DNA from: Anaerolineae bacterium
GTDB lineage: Bacteria; Chloroflexota; Anaerolineae; S140-20
Reading direction: 5' to 3'
DNA: 64,000 nucleotides
Assembly: GCA_027021705.1 (NCBI GenBank)
Contig: JALUTT010000073.1
Location: 1 to 64,000 of the forward strand
Both the position numbers and the translations under genes were made by a program. Position 1 is the first letter of the stretch, and each line of letters starts with the position of its first letter. A model generated the notes under the pieces. That model ran no database searches and was not told where the DNA came from. It saw only the letters and a list, made by a program, of their open reading frames with translations. Below, piece after piece: positions 9,506-19,746 of this stretch.

Positions 9506-10424
9506 CCAAAAGGAAAGGGAGCACAGTGGATTTTTCGGTTCCTCTCCCCCGCCTGTAGCGGTGGTTGTGTTAGCGTGGAACCATTGGGACTTGACAAAAC
9601 ATTGCCTGGAATCTCTGCGCCGTGTCTCATATCCCAATTACGAGATCATTCTGGTGGACAACGGTTCTACAGACGGTACGGCCCGCTTGGCCCATCGAGA
9701 TTTCCCCGAGGTGACCGTCCTGGCCTCGGAGCGTAACCGCGGCTTTGCAGCGGGGATCAACTTAGGACTTGGGTATGCACTGGACAAAGACTACAAATAC
9801 GTGCTTGTGCTGAACAATGATACAACGATTGAAGCGAATTTGCTGCAAACATTGGTAACCGTCGCGGAAGCTGATCATTCAATCGGAATGATCACCCCAA
9901 AGATTTGCGATGCCAATGATCCCAGTCGCCTGTGGTCTATCGGCAGCCGGCGCAGACCTCTGACACTGGCTGCGGTAGATTTTGGCGTTAACTCCATTGA
10001 TCCGACACTGGCCGAAAAACCCCGCGAGGTGGATTATGTCATAGCCTGTGCCGCGCTCATCCGCGTTGAGGCCTTGAGGCAGGTTGGGCTGTTCGATGAA
10101 AAATTTTTTATGTACTATGAAGACTTGGACCTGAGCATCCGATTTCAACAAGCGGGCTACCGCCTTTACTATGTCCCTTGGACAACCGTCCTGCATTGGG
10201 GGTCTGCCAGCACCTCAGATGTTCCGGCACGGCGTTACTATCATCTAGCACGCAGTAGCGTCTATTTCTTCGCAAAGCACGGGCAGGGAAAGTACTGGTT
10301 GCTGGTGCCATACCGTTTGGGCAGTGCAGTGAAGACCGTAGGGAAGCTGTTGATACGGGGTCGGTGGGAGGCAGCACGAGCTTACATCAAGGGGCTAGGA
10401 GAGGGCCTCCGGGACCTGCGGTGA
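9486..10424 (+). CDS. Glycosyltransferase family 2 (WbbL/rhamnosyltransferase-like)
   Basis: VDNGSTD, NRGFAAGIN, LNND, FDEKFFMYYEDLD; start uncertain. Confidence 0.88.
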   Translation: MIHPLPSQKEREHSGFFGSSPPPVAVVVLAWNHWDLTKHCLESLRRVSYPNYEIILVDNGSTDGTARLAHRDFPEVTVLASERNRGFAAGINLGLGYALDKDYKYVLVLNNDTTIEANLLQTLVTVAEADHSIGMITPKICDANDPSRLWSIGSRRRPLTLAAVDFGVNSIDPTLAEKPREVDYVIACAALIRVEALRQVGLFDEKFFMYYEDLDLSIRFQQAGYRLYYVPWTTVLHWGSASTSDVPARRYYHLARSSVYFFAKHGQGKYWLLVPYRLGSAVKTVGKLLIRGRWEAARAYIKGLGEGLRDLR

Positions 10425-10668
10425 GGGGAGGTGGCAATCCGTGCTTCAGCGTTGGATACACACAAGAGCATCGGTCCGGCAGGCCGAATTGGAAAGGATA
10501 AAGACCTTCTTGAAACAAGTTCGGATCATCGCGGTGACTGTTCCACAACTGGTGAAAATCCCAAGTGGTGGGGCACAGACCTGATGTTCTCCCCCTCCAC
10601 AGCCCGTATGTGGGGCGGGCACCGCCTTCCGACCCCGTTTTCGCTACCCCAGTGGGGTGATCTAGGGA

Positions 10669-11499
10669 ATGTCACCGAACTTGGAACAGTCACTCATCGC
10701 GGACGATATAGATGGGGACATACTGAAGGACATGCAGGCCCAAGGATCACCGGCGATGATCCGTTATATTGAGAACCATGCCCTCGTGTATTGGCACACG
10801 ATGCGTTTGATCAACAGGTTCTTTCCGCCCGACCAGTCCATCAAAGTATTGGAACTGGGGGCTGCTCCTTATTTCTTCACCGCTTTGGTGCAAACATGGC
10901 GCCAGGCCACAGTAACCCCGGTGAATGTACCGGCGGGTTTATGGCCGGGAGAGCCCTTGCCCCTGGATGAGGGGGCTGTGCGGCTATCCAGGGGACCGGA
11001 TCACCCGGCTCTCGATTTGACGGTTCGGGTCTTCAACATCGAGAAGGACCCCTTCCCTTTCCCTCCTGGGTCGTTCGACTTGGTCCTCTTTATGGAGGTG
11101 CTGGAACATCTCATCTATTCCCCAACCCATGTGCTTTATGAGGCCCATCGTGTGCTGAAACCCACAGGGTATCTGCTGATCACTGTACCCAATTGCCTAA
11201 GCATTAAGCGCCTGGCATTGTCTTTCTTCAACCAAACTTTCGAGTACCCTTATTCTGGTTATGGGGTGTATGGGCGTCATCAACGCGAGTTTGCCCCCCA
11301 CGAACTACGGGCTCTGTTGACAGCCTGTAACTATGAGCCGGCGATTCTCTACACGGATAATGTCTGGCGCTACAATCCTCGTGCCTCAAAGTCCCGTTGG
11401 TTCTTTAATCGCTTGCTAGATTGGATAACCTCGCTTCCCATCCCTTTCCTCGCGGCCAAGCGAGACTACATTTTCGCGGTGAGTCGCCCTATAGGCTAA
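10669..11499 (+). CDS. Class I SAM-dependent methyltransferase (possibly shortened by a premature TAA)
   Basis: VLELGAAP, FDLVLFMEVLEHL, RVLKPTG. Confidence 0.85.
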   Translation: MSPNLEQSLIADDIDGDILKDMQAQGSPAMIRYIENHALVYWHTMRLINRFFPPDQSIKVLELGAAPYFFTALVQTWRQATVTPVNVPAGLWPGEPLPLDEGAVRLSRGPDHPALDLTVRVFNIEKDPFPFPPGSFDLVLFMEVLEHLIYSPTHVLYEAHRVLKPTGYLLITVPNCLSIKRLALSFFNQTFEYPYSGYGVYGRHQREFAPHELRALLTACNYEPAILYTDNVWRYNPRASKSRWFFNRLLDWITSLPIPFLAAKRDYIFAVSRPIG

Positions 11500-11606
11500 C
11501 CCAAGGGCGGGTTTCCCGAATTTTTGTATCGGTTTCGACATCTCTATCCAGAGTATGTGCCCGAGGAACCCGGGTCTCTGCTTTAGCGGAAGTTCTGTAG
11601 TGACTG

Positions 11607-12539
11607 ATGGAACACGTGTCCTGTGATCTATGTGGGTCTACCCGTCGAGAAGTGCTCTACGTCCTCCGGGATTTAAGCTTTGACCTTCCTGGTGAGTTCC
11701 CCGTGGTACGGTGTCAGCAGTGTGGGTTGATTTATGTATCTCCACGCCCTTCGCCAGAGGAGATCGGCCGCTACTATCCTTCCACTTATACCCCCTATAA
11801 GCGTGCCATTGAGGATGAATCAGGACGTCTCCTCCGATGGCTACGACGCCATAAATTGGTAGCCCGCCTCCGCCAGGTGCAGGAAATCACCGGGTTGCAA
11901 CGGGGGCGGCTGTTGGACGTAGGATGCGCGACGGGGCTGTTCGTCCACGAAGCCAGCAGACACGGGTGGCAAGCGGAGGGGGTTGAGATCCAGGCGGAGG
12001 CTGTCGCCTATGCACGACGCCGTTTAGGCCTGTTGGTGCATCACGGGACTTTAGAAACCCTGTCATTGCCGGGGGCTGCTTTTGATGCCATCACCTTCTG
12101 GGACGTCATTGAGCACACCTTTAGCCCTCTCACTACACTGCGAGAAGTTCATCGCTTGCTCCGCCCCGGCGGCTGGGTGATATTGCTCATCCCGAACTGG
12201 CGGAGTTGGGATGCCGCCTTGTTCGGCCCATATTGGAATGGCTTCGACGTGCCCCGTCACCTGTTCGTGTTCACGCACTCGGTCATGCAGCGCTTGTTGG
12301 AGCAGGCCGGCTTCGCCGCCATCGGCCATCGCTGCTACTTCTCAGGATTCTTCACCTTTCGGCCCAGCTTATTACGTTGGTTGCGAGGGCGACATCCCCA
12401 AGCGCGATGGCGTCCTTGGCTGGAGCGATTGCTCAACATACCAGGCATTCGCTTTCCTGTAGAGCCGTTCTTCTGGCTATCAGATCGGCTGGGGCGCGGA
12501 CCGGCCGTCACCTTTTGGGCCCAGAAACCGATCATCTGA
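11607..12539 (+). CDS. Class I SAM-dependent methyltransferase with N-terminal CxxC/CxxC zinc site
   Basis: CDLC...CQQC, LLDVGCATG, WDVIEH, LRPGG, PRHL. Confidence 0.9.
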   Translation: MEHVSCDLCGSTRREVLYVLRDLSFDLPGEFPVVRCQQCGLIYVSPRPSPEEIGRYYPSTYTPYKRAIEDESGRLLRWLRRHKLVARLRQVQEITGLQRGRLLDVGCATGLFVHEASRHGWQAEGVEIQAEAVAYARRRLGLLVHHGTLETLSLPGAAFDAITFWDVIEHTFSPLTTLREVHRLLRPGGWVILLIPNWRSWDAALFGPYWNGFDVPRHLFVFTHSVMQRLLEQAGFAAIGHRCYFSGFFTFRPSLLRWLRGRHPQARWRPWLERLLNIPGIRFPVEPFFWLSDRLGRGPAVTFWAQKPII

Positions 12540-12546
12540 CATCACT

Positions 12547-13272
12547 ATGATAGACAAACGCCTCCCTAGATGGATTCCCGACTTCGTTCGAGAGCGCGTT
12601 ACCGTCAACGTCTACCACCTGAAGCGGCTGATGGTCCGGGCTCAGCAAGAAATCCCCCCAGGCTCCTGGGTTCTAGATGCTGGAGCGGGAGAGGGACGTT
12701 TTCGGTCTTTCTTCGAGCATACCCGTTACATTGCCGTTGACCTCGCCGTAGGAGACGCTAATTGGGATTACAGCCATCTCGACATCATCGCGGACTTGAG
12801 CGCTCTACCCCTCGTAGATCAGAGCTTTGACGCCGTGCTGTGCACCCAGGTGCTTGAGCATGTGCGGGAGCCCCGGCAGGTGATTCAGGAGATCGCTCGG
12901 GTGTTAAAGCCGGGGGGACGTCTCTACCTGGCAGCTCCCCAAAGCTGGCATCAACATCAAAAGCCTTATGACTTCTTTCGCTACACATCTTTTGGCTTGA
13001 GTTACCTTTTAGAGACAAGCGGGTTGCAGGTCATCAGTTTAGTGCCTATGGGAGGATATTTTTGGTTCCTCTCCTTCCAGCTACAGATTTTGAACTATTG
13101 GTTATTCTCACAACGGCGTAAGCACCACTACGTCTGGTGGCCTCTAAAGTTGATCACCGCAGCCGTGACCCAGATTATGCTCCCCTTGCTCCTGTTCTAC
13201 TTAGACCGGCTAGACTCTGCGAAGGATGCTACCCTAGGATATGTATGCGTAGCCACAAAGCCGGTTCCATAG
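12547..13272 (+). CDS. Class I SAM-dependent methyltransferase
   Basis: VLDAGAGEG, CTQVLEHV, RVLKPGG, PYDFFRYT. Confidence 0.9.
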   Translation: MIDKRLPRWIPDFVRERVTVNVYHLKRLMVRAQQEIPPGSWVLDAGAGEGRFRSFFEHTRYIAVDLAVGDANWDYSHLDIIADLSALPLVDQSFDAVLCTQVLEHVREPRQVIQEIARVLKPGGRLYLAAPQSWHQHQKPYDFFRYTSFGLSYLLETSGLQVISLVPMGGYFWFLSFQLQILNYWLFSQRRKHHYVWWPLKLITAAVTQIMLPLLLFYLDRLDSAKDATLGYVCVATKPVP

Positions 13273-13283
13273 CTCCCCTCCAG

Positions 13284-14657
13284 ATGCCACGGCGATTGGG
13301 ACGGAATTTTCTGTTGGTCTTGTTGATCAACGTAAGCGCTCGTCTGGCGAATGTCCTCCTTTTCGTAGCCATTGCACGGCGTCTAGGGGCTGAGTCAGCG
13401 GGATCCTTCAACCTCGCCTTAACCTACACCGCTATCTTCTTCACCCTCAGCTTGTGGGGACTTGATGAGCTGCTTATCCGGGATGTTGCCCAAAACCGTC
13501 AGATGGCAAGCCGGTTCCTCCTCCATTTCGGCGTGGTCCGGTTTGCCCTCGCTTCAGGGGCATACGTTGCCCTCCTGCTGTTGCTTCGATGGGCTGTGCC
13601 TTACGCCCTACACACTCGCTGGGTCATCGCTCTCATCGGAACGACCGTGGTGGCCGATGGGATGAATACCCTAGGGCGATCGGTCTACATTGCCTACGAG
13701 GCGTTTCTGCTGCCCACACTTGTCGCCCTTCTTGAAGGCTGCGTGAGGGTCATAGGAGGCATCGTCGCACTGCAACTCACTTCTGACACGCTTATAGTGG
13801 GCCTAGCGTTCGTTGCAGGGAGTTGGATCAGCGTCGGTATTTACTACCTTGGTTTAATTCGTCTGTTGCATACACATCTCCTAGATGTCGGATGGAGTCC
13901 GCGTTTTCTAGTCCATCGGCTCCACCAAATGCTTTACTTCGCTTGGATTGGTATCGTCTATGTCCTGATGTTCCAAGCCGATACCATCCTGTTGTCCTTT
14001 CTTCGCGGAGAGCGTGCTGTGGGGTGGTATGGGGTGAGCCAAACGATTTTCACGATGGCCCTCGTGCTCACCCGGTCTTATCAGACTGCTTTGTATCCCG
14101 TTATGTCCCGGTTATACGCGGAAGAGGGGATGCAAGGAAGGCGCTTGCAAGCTTTGTATACAGCCTCCTTGCTCCTCTCCTTGCTTGTGGGCTTCCCCGT
14201 TGCCCTAATCATTATGGGCCTATCCGCCGAGATCACGACGGCGTTTTTAGGGCAACCCGTGGTACCGGCAGTCGGGGCGTTAAAGTGGACCGCCTGGGCC
14301 GTGTTGGCCCAGCTTCTCATAGTACCCAATGTTCGGATCCTGCTGGCCAGCGGGCACCAACGACTGGTTGCCTGGCTCCTGACCGCCAGCATGAGCGTAA
14401 ACCTCCTGCTCAACTTCGCCCTCATACCCCTCTGGGGGATACCGGGTGCCGGCTCAGCGCGTTTTCTCTCCCTGTTCTTTTTCTTTTTGCTAACTTCTTT
14501 GGGAATCCACCACTACGCCAGCCACCGGGTATCCCGGCAGGCTGCTGTGGCTACCTCCCGTATTGCTCTGAATGGTCAGCGTTCTTGGAGCAGTCAGTCA
14601 TCCCGATTCCTCCAAGGATTGCTATCCGTTTTACGGAATGCTAGGAGAGAGAAGTGA
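13284..14657 (+). CDS. Wzx-type oligosaccharide flippase
   Basis: Many TM segments; ARRLGAE..G, DTILLSFL..VGWYG, NLLLNFALIPLWGIPGA. Confidence 0.88.
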   Translation: MPRRLGRNFLLVLLINVSARLANVLLFVAIARRLGAESAGSFNLALTYTAIFFTLSLWGLDELLIRDVAQNRQMASRFLLHFGVVRFALASGAYVALLLLLRWAVPYALHTRWVIALIGTTVVADGMNTLGRSVYIAYEAFLLPTLVALLEGCVRVIGGIVALQLTSDTLIVGLAFVAGSWISVGIYYLGLIRLLHTHLLDVGWSPRFLVHRLHQMLYFAWIGIVYVLMFQADTILLSFLRGERAVGWYGVSQTIFTMALVLTRSYQTALYPVMSRLYAEEGMQGRRLQALYTASLLLSLLVGFPVALIIMGLSAEITTAFLGQPVVPAVGALKWTAWAVLAQLLIVPNVRILLASGHQRLVAWLLTASMSVNLLLNFALIPLWGIPGAGSARFLSLFFFFLLTSLGIHHYASHRVSRQAAVATSRIALNGQRSWSSQSSRFLQGLLSVLRNARREK

Positions 14658-16348
14658 TGACTCGTGAACACAAACCTCGGCGGGTTCTGATCATCGGCCT
14701 AGATGGAGCGACCTGGACCCTGCTTAGACCTTGGGCGATCTCCTCCGCCTTACTACCCAACATCGCTTCCCTTTTGAAAGAGGGAACGTATGGCATCCTG
14801 AATTCCGTCTATCCAGTCCTCTCCCCCCCGGCTTGGGCCTCCTTTATGACAGGCAGCAATCCGGGGCAGCATGGGGTGTACGACTTTGTGCAGAGGGAGC
14901 CCAGGAGTTACCAGCTCCGGGTCGTGCGGGCGGACCAGATAAGACGACCAACATTGTGGAAGCTGTTGAGTGATAGTGGTCGGAAGGTCGGCGTGGTCAA
15001 TGTCCCGCTGACTTACCCCCCCGAAGCCGTGAGAGGATTTGTGGTCAGCGGATTAGGGACTCCTGACTCCAGGCCCTTTGCCTATCCGCAGTCGCTCTTC
15101 GAGAGGCTGCGAAAGCAAGGGTATCGCGTGAACAAACGAGTGAGTTACCGTCCAGGACAAGAGGCTGCCTTTTGGGCAGAGGTAGAGGCGACAACCCGCC
15201 TGCAAGCCCAGACAGCCTTGCAACTTATGGAATCAGAACCGTGGGATTTCTTTATGTTTGTCTTCCGGGATACGGATGAGATCGCTCACTTCTTTTGGCG
15301 TTTCTTTGACGAGTCTCATCCTGCTCATGATCCCGTCCTGGCTCAGCAGTGGGGGGATACTGTCCTGAAGTACTACCGTATGGTGGACGATTGGGTCGGA
15401 CGAATGGTGGCGCAGGCCGGGCCGGAGACAGCGGTCTTCCTGATCTCAGATCACGGTTCTGGGCCTTTGTACAAAGACGTCTTTCTGAACACGTGGCTGG
15501 AGACCATAGGGTTCTTGGCGAGGCGTGTCCCGTCGGTTCCTTACCGCTGGATGCAGCGATGGGGGATCACCCGCAAGCAGGTCTCAGGGTTGCTCCGACG
15601 CTGGAACCTGACCTCGTGGGAGATCAGGATCAAAGACCTCCTCGGAGAGAAAATCTCCTGGTTCCCTAAACATACTGGAGCGGATCTACAGAATGCCGTG
15701 GATTGGTCTCGCACACGGGCCTACAGCTTTGGCTATCACGGCCAGATCTATCTAAACGTGCGAGGGAGAGAACCTCAAGGAATCATCCAACCCGGCAGGG
15801 AGTATGAACAGGTACGCGATGAGCTCATTGAAGCTCTCAAGGCTTGGAAAGACCCCGATGATCATCAGCCTGTGGTATCACAAGTGTTCAAGCGGGAGGA
15901 GATCTTCCAAGGGCCATACTTGGAAAAGGCTCCTGACCTGATCCTGGTTATGCGCGACTTCGCTTATATCACACGACAGGGATACGAGTTCGGTCGCAAC
16001 AGCCAGGAAATCTTTGCCCCGCCTGCTACCTTCGAATCGGGAAGCCACCGCTTGGAAGGTATAGTGATTGCTCGGGGAGCGGGCATAAGAAGGCTGGGAG
16101 AGGTTTCACCTATCTCGATTATGGACATAGCCCCTACGGTGCTCTACCTGCTAGATGTGGCCATCCCTTCTTGGATGGATGGGCAGCTACTGCGTGAGTG
16201 GATTGTTCCCAGCCTGCTCACCCAGGCCCCCCCGGAATGGCGTGATGAACAGCCTGAGGAGAGCGGTGTCCGGGGCAACATATCCTGGACGGAGGAGGAC
16301 GAAGAGAGCGTCTTGGAACGCCTGCGTGGCTTGGGTTATCTGGGGTGA
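14657..16348 (+). CDS. Alkaline-phosphatase-superfamily phosphodiesterase/phosphotransferase
   Basis: IIGLDGA, SPPAWASFMTG..PG.HGVYDF, SDHG, DIAPTVL, C-terminal ERLRGLGY. Confidence 0.88.
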   Translation: MTREHKPRRVLIIGLDGATWTLLRPWAISSALLPNIASLLKEGTYGILNSVYPVLSPPAWASFMTGSNPGQHGVYDFVQREPRSYQLRVVRADQIRRPTLWKLLSDSGRKVGVVNVPLTYPPEAVRGFVVSGLGTPDSRPFAYPQSLFERLRKQGYRVNKRVSYRPGQEAAFWAEVEATTRLQAQTALQLMESEPWDFFMFVFRDTDEIAHFFWRFFDESHPAHDPVLAQQWGDTVLKYYRMVDDWVGRMVAQAGPETAVFLISDHGSGPLYKDVFLNTWLETIGFLARRVPSVPYRWMQRWGITRKQVSGLLRRWNLTSWEIRIKDLLGEKISWFPKHTGADLQNAVDWSRTRAYSFGYHGQIYLNVRGREPQGIIQPGREYEQVRDELIEALKAWKDPDDHQPVVSQVFKREEIFQGPYLEKAPDLILVMRDFAYITRQGYEFGRNSQEIFAPPATFESGSHRLEGIVIARGAGIRRLGEVSPISIMDIAPTVLYLLDVAIPSWMDGQLLREWIVPSLLTQAPPEWRDEQPEESGVRGNISWTEEDEESVLERLRGLGYLG

Positions 16349-16477
16349 TCCGTTCTGGCTTCCAAATCACCCATAGGGAGTATTGTAGTTTGACGGGGTT
16401 TTGCGTATAATCTAGTCAAGTTATGAAGCTCATCTTGCGTCAAGCCTTTGCGTCAAGCTTTAAGGAGGTGGTTAACG

Positions 16478-17905
16478 ATGAGAAAAGCGGTTGTAGTCTT
16501 TAGTTTTGTGACGATTGTGGCACTCATCGCGACGGGTATTGCGATGGCCGATCCGCCTGGCAGCGGTTGGTGGTCTGGTGAGCAGATCCAGAATGTAGGT
16601 TCTTCTCAGGCGACTGTTCAGATCATTGCCTATGGTAGCGGCTCCACCTATTCCGGCGATAGCCGGACCTTGAATCCTGGGGCTTCCACCACGTATCTGC
16701 CCGCTGATTTCAGCGGCATGCCCGATGGGTTCCAAGGCGCGGCTGTTGTCAGCTCTGATCAGCCCATCAAGGCCATTGTGAACGTGACCAATCGTCAGGT
16801 GGGGAGCTATGGGGTGGCTGGCGGCCTGGCGGCTGCTCAGTACCAGGGCATTGACAGCTCTCAGGCAGCAACCACGGTCAGCTTCCCGTTGGTGAAGAAC
16901 GACTTCTACGGTAAAACGACGACCTTCTACATCCAAAATGCCGGCTCTAGCTCGGCGACGATCACGGCCACTTACAAGGTCGCGGCTGGTGATTATACCA
17001 AGACCTATACCAACATCAGCGCCAACGAGATGGTCGTGCTCAACCCCGCGGACGCCAATGTTCCCTCTGGTACCGGCAGCCTAGGTGCTCTGACGGTAAC
17101 CTCCGACCAGCCGATCGCCGGCGTCGTTCTGGAGCATCAGACGTCGGCATCTCCTGCCACAGTGCTCCAGGCTACGCGGGGGTTCGTGCCCGGCGACTTC
17201 GACACGAAGATATATGCCCCCATCGTCAAGCGTGGATTCTACAATCGCCATACCGGCATCCAGATCCAGAATGTGAGCTCAAGCAACGTGGACATCACGG
17301 TGACCTACTACCCCGTGGCCGGCTGCAGCGGTGGCCCCTATACAAGCACGTACAGTGGTCTCACGCCGGGTGCCTCTCATACCTTCTTCGACGATCCGAA
17401 CCTGCCCTCGGGGTGCCTGGCATCGGCGGTGATCACCGCGACCGGCAACATCGTGGGAGTGGTTAACGAGACCTTCTACCCGAGCGTTCCGGCAGGGCAG
17501 CAGCAGGCTCAGACCACGTATTCCTGCATCCCCGACAAGGTCGCGACGACCAAGGTCTCGGTGCCGCTGTACAAGAACAAGTTCTACAACAAGACCACCG
17601 GGTTGCAGATCCAGAATGTTGGAACCGCCAATGCCACAGTCCAGCTGGTCTTCACCGATCAGAACGGCACCTCCTACACCTTGAGCAATGAGACCATTGC
17701 ACCAGGGGCGGCGAAGACCTACCTCGAGCTGGACAACCTGTCTGGAACCTGGAGCACTCAGCCGGGCACCGGGTTGCTGATGGGGGTGATCGTCACGGCT
17801 GACCAGCCCATCGTGGCCATCGCCAACGAGTCCGTGTACCCCTATGACGGCAGTGTCCTGGTTCAGGACAAGAACAACTACGAAGGGTTCAACCTCACTC
17901 CGTAA
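16478..17905 (+). CDS. Secreted Ser/Thr-rich protein with four beta-sandwich-like repeats (S-layer/sheath-like)
   Basis: Signal peptide ending AMA; four repeats starting (T/S)xxxIQN and ending IxxxVxE/N; RBS TAAGGAGGT, upstream TATAAT, own terminator. Confidence 0.8.
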   Translation: MRKAVVVFSFVTIVALIATGIAMADPPGSGWWSGEQIQNVGSSQATVQIIAYGSGSTYSGDSRTLNPGASTTYLPADFSGMPDGFQGAAVVSSDQPIKAIVNVTNRQVGSYGVAGGLAAAQYQGIDSSQAATTVSFPLVKNDFYGKTTTFYIQNAGSSSATITATYKVAAGDYTKTYTNISANEMVVLNPADANVPSGTGSLGALTVTSDQPIAGVVLEHQTSASPATVLQATRGFVPGDFDTKIYAPIVKRGFYNRHTGIQIQNVSSSNVDITVTYYPVAGCSGGPYTSTYSGLTPGASHTFFDDPNLPSGCLASAVITATGNIVGVVNETFYPSVPAGQQQAQTTYSCIPDKVATTKVSVPLYKNKFYNKTTGLQIQNVGTANATVQLVFTDQNGTSYTLSNETIAPGAAKTYLELDNLSGTWSTQPGTGLLMGVIVTADQPIVAIANESVYPYDGSVLVQDKNNYEGFNLTP

Positions 17906-17932
17906 ACCGGAGAGCAGGGATCAGGAGCAAAG

Positions 17933-17964
17933 GAGGGGCTACCTGATTAGGTAGCCCCTCTTCT
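17933..17964 (+). terminator. Intrinsic terminator
   Basis: GAGGGGCTACCT-GATT-AGGTAGCCCCTC-TTCT. Confidence 0.7.
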
Positions 17965-18037
17965 CAATCCACCTGAGGGTGGTATGTGGCATTGCTTCTT
18001 ATACCAACATCTGTTTCCCCAGTAAGGAGAATTAGCC

Positions 18038-18514
18038 GTGCGGAAGTACAGCCTCGTACTCGTGCTTGTCTTGGTTGGGGTATTCTTCCTCCCCGCTTGT
18101 GGTCGGTCTGCTCCACCAGAAAGCCCTCTGGTCTTATCGCCGCTAACTTCACCCGTTGAGCCCGCTACAGCTCCCACACCAACACTCCCTTTTGGCCCCC
18201 GCTTTACCTTTGATCGTCCCCTCTTGCCGAATAGCACCGTTGTAACAGGGCAAGGCCCTGCTGGAGTGCCCATCCGGATTGTCAACGTTACCAGGGTTGG
18301 GCAAGAGTTAGGAGCAGGAGTTATCGGCCCTGACGGTCGCTTCTCCATCAAAGTGAGCCCCTTACCCCCCGGCGAGCGTATAGGGATTATGTTAGGAGAT
18401 GTCGCGGGAACACCTTTTCGGGAGGAAGATTTCCTCAGAGGTGAGGGGTACGTGGACATTCCTATGGTGGGGATCCTTTTCGACACGGCTATGGTAGAAG
18501 AGTCCACGCCGTAG
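18038..18514 (+). CDS. Lipoprotein with Pro-rich linker and small Ig-like domain
   Basis: Hydrophobic leader with LPAC lipobox; RBS AAGGAG. Confidence 0.75.
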   Translation: MRKYSLVLVLVLVGVFFLPACGRSAPPESPLVLSPLTSPVEPATAPTPTLPFGPRFTFDRPLLPNSTVVTGQGPAGVPIRIVNVTRVGQELGAGVIGPDGRFSIKVSPLPPGERIGIMLGDVAGTPFREEDFLRGEGYVDIPMVGILFDTAMVEESTP

Positions 18515-18536
18515 TCCCGGACCTTTAGGCGGCTGA

Positions 18537-19736
18537 ATGAAACTCCACACCCAAACCTGCGGATACCGTTTGCAGCGCCTCCAGGAGCAACTGGCCCGGC
18601 AGCAGGAGCGCGGAGATGTCGCCGGCCAGATCGAGACGTTGAACGCTCAGGGGGCGCTTCTGGCGATGCTGGGCCAGTATGAGCAGGCCCGACAACGCTG
18701 CCAGCAGGCGTTGAGGCTCAGCCAGGAGCAGGGAGATCGTCGGGGGGAGGCCGCTTCCCTGGGCAACCTGGGGGTGATCCTCCGTGAGCAGGGAGACCCC
18801 CGCCAGGCCCTGGCCCTCCATCAGAAGGCCCTGACGCTGGCCCGAGAAGGGGGAGATCGCCAGCAGGAAGCCGTTGCTCAGGTTCAGATCGGGCTGGACC
18901 ACCTGGCCCTGGGAGCGCTGAGCGAGGCCCGCCACTGGCTGCTGGAGGGGTATGAGGCCAGCCGGAAGCTGGGACTGGTGGAGCCGGCCATCCGCGCCTG
19001 CGAGGGGATGGGGCTGGCCTGGCTCCAGACGGGCAAGCTCCAGCCGGCGAAGGTCTGGGCAGGGCGGGCTGTGGAGATGCTGGGAGTGCCGCAGGGAGAG
19101 GTGCGCCCGACCACCTTGGTGGAGCGCCCCCGGGCCTCCTCCTTGGAGGAGGTGCACCACGCGCCCCACGCCTACTACGTCTACTACCGGGTGTTGCGGG
19201 CCGCCGGACAGACCGCCGAGGCGTCCATCTACCTGGCGATGGCCCACCGCAGCCTGATGGAGCGGGCGCAGTGGCTGCAGGACCCAGCTTGGAGGGAGAC
19301 CTTTCTGCGCCGGGTGCCCTCGCACCGGGCCGTCTTAGAAGCGTGGGAGGCTTGCGAGCAGCGGGAGCGGGGCCTGCTGCCGGGACAGCAGCGGGTGCGC
19401 CTGGCCCGGTCCGACGCCCCACTGGGGCGTCCGCTGACGGAGCGGGAGACGGTCTCCGTCATCTGGACCATAGATGCGCCGGACGACCGCCGTTTCCGCA
19501 ACAAGGCAGAACGCCGGCGCTACCGGTTGCTGCGGTTGCTTCAGGAGGCAGCCGATCAGGGGGCCGCGCCTACCGATGAGGACCTGGCCGCAGCCCTGGA
19601 TGTCTCCCGGCGGACCATCCTGCGGGACATCGCGGCACTGGAGGCTGCCGGCTTTCGCATCCCCACTCGGCGGCGCGGGCACTTTCGGTCCGCGTCCCCA
19701 TCGGCCAGGGATGCTGGGCAGCCTTCCTCCGGCTGA
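18537..19736 (+). CDS. TPR protein with C-terminal DUF1670-like helix-turn-helix
   Basis: EAASLGNLG-type TPRs; EAADQGAAPTDEDLAAALDVSRRTILRD. Confidence 0.75.
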   Translation: MKLHTQTCGYRLQRLQEQLARQQERGDVAGQIETLNAQGALLAMLGQYEQARQRCQQALRLSQEQGDRRGEAASLGNLGVILREQGDPRQALALHQKALTLAREGGDRQQEAVAQVQIGLDHLALGALSEARHWLLEGYEASRKLGLVEPAIRACEGMGLAWLQTGKLQPAKVWAGRAVEMLGVPQGEVRPTTLVERPRASSLEEVHHAPHAYYVYYRVLRAAGQTAEASIYLAMAHRSLMERAQWLQDPAWRETFLRRVPSHRAVLEAWEACEQRERGLLPGQQRVRLARSDAPLGRPLTERETVSVIWTIDAPDDRRFRNKAERRRYRLLRLLQEAADQGAAPTDEDLAAALDVSRRTILRDIAALEAAGFRIPTRRRGHFRSASPSARDAGQPSSG

Positions 19737-19746
19737 CGGGGGCGGA

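Noticed and set aside
10431..10772. 113-aa ORF between the GT2 and methyltransferase genes
   Set aside because: No recognisable motif, and it overlaps the next gene by about 100 nt; it may be a remnant but cannot be supported.
11497..11499. Programmed Sec/Pyl read-through
   Set aside because: The stop is TAA, not TGA or TAG.
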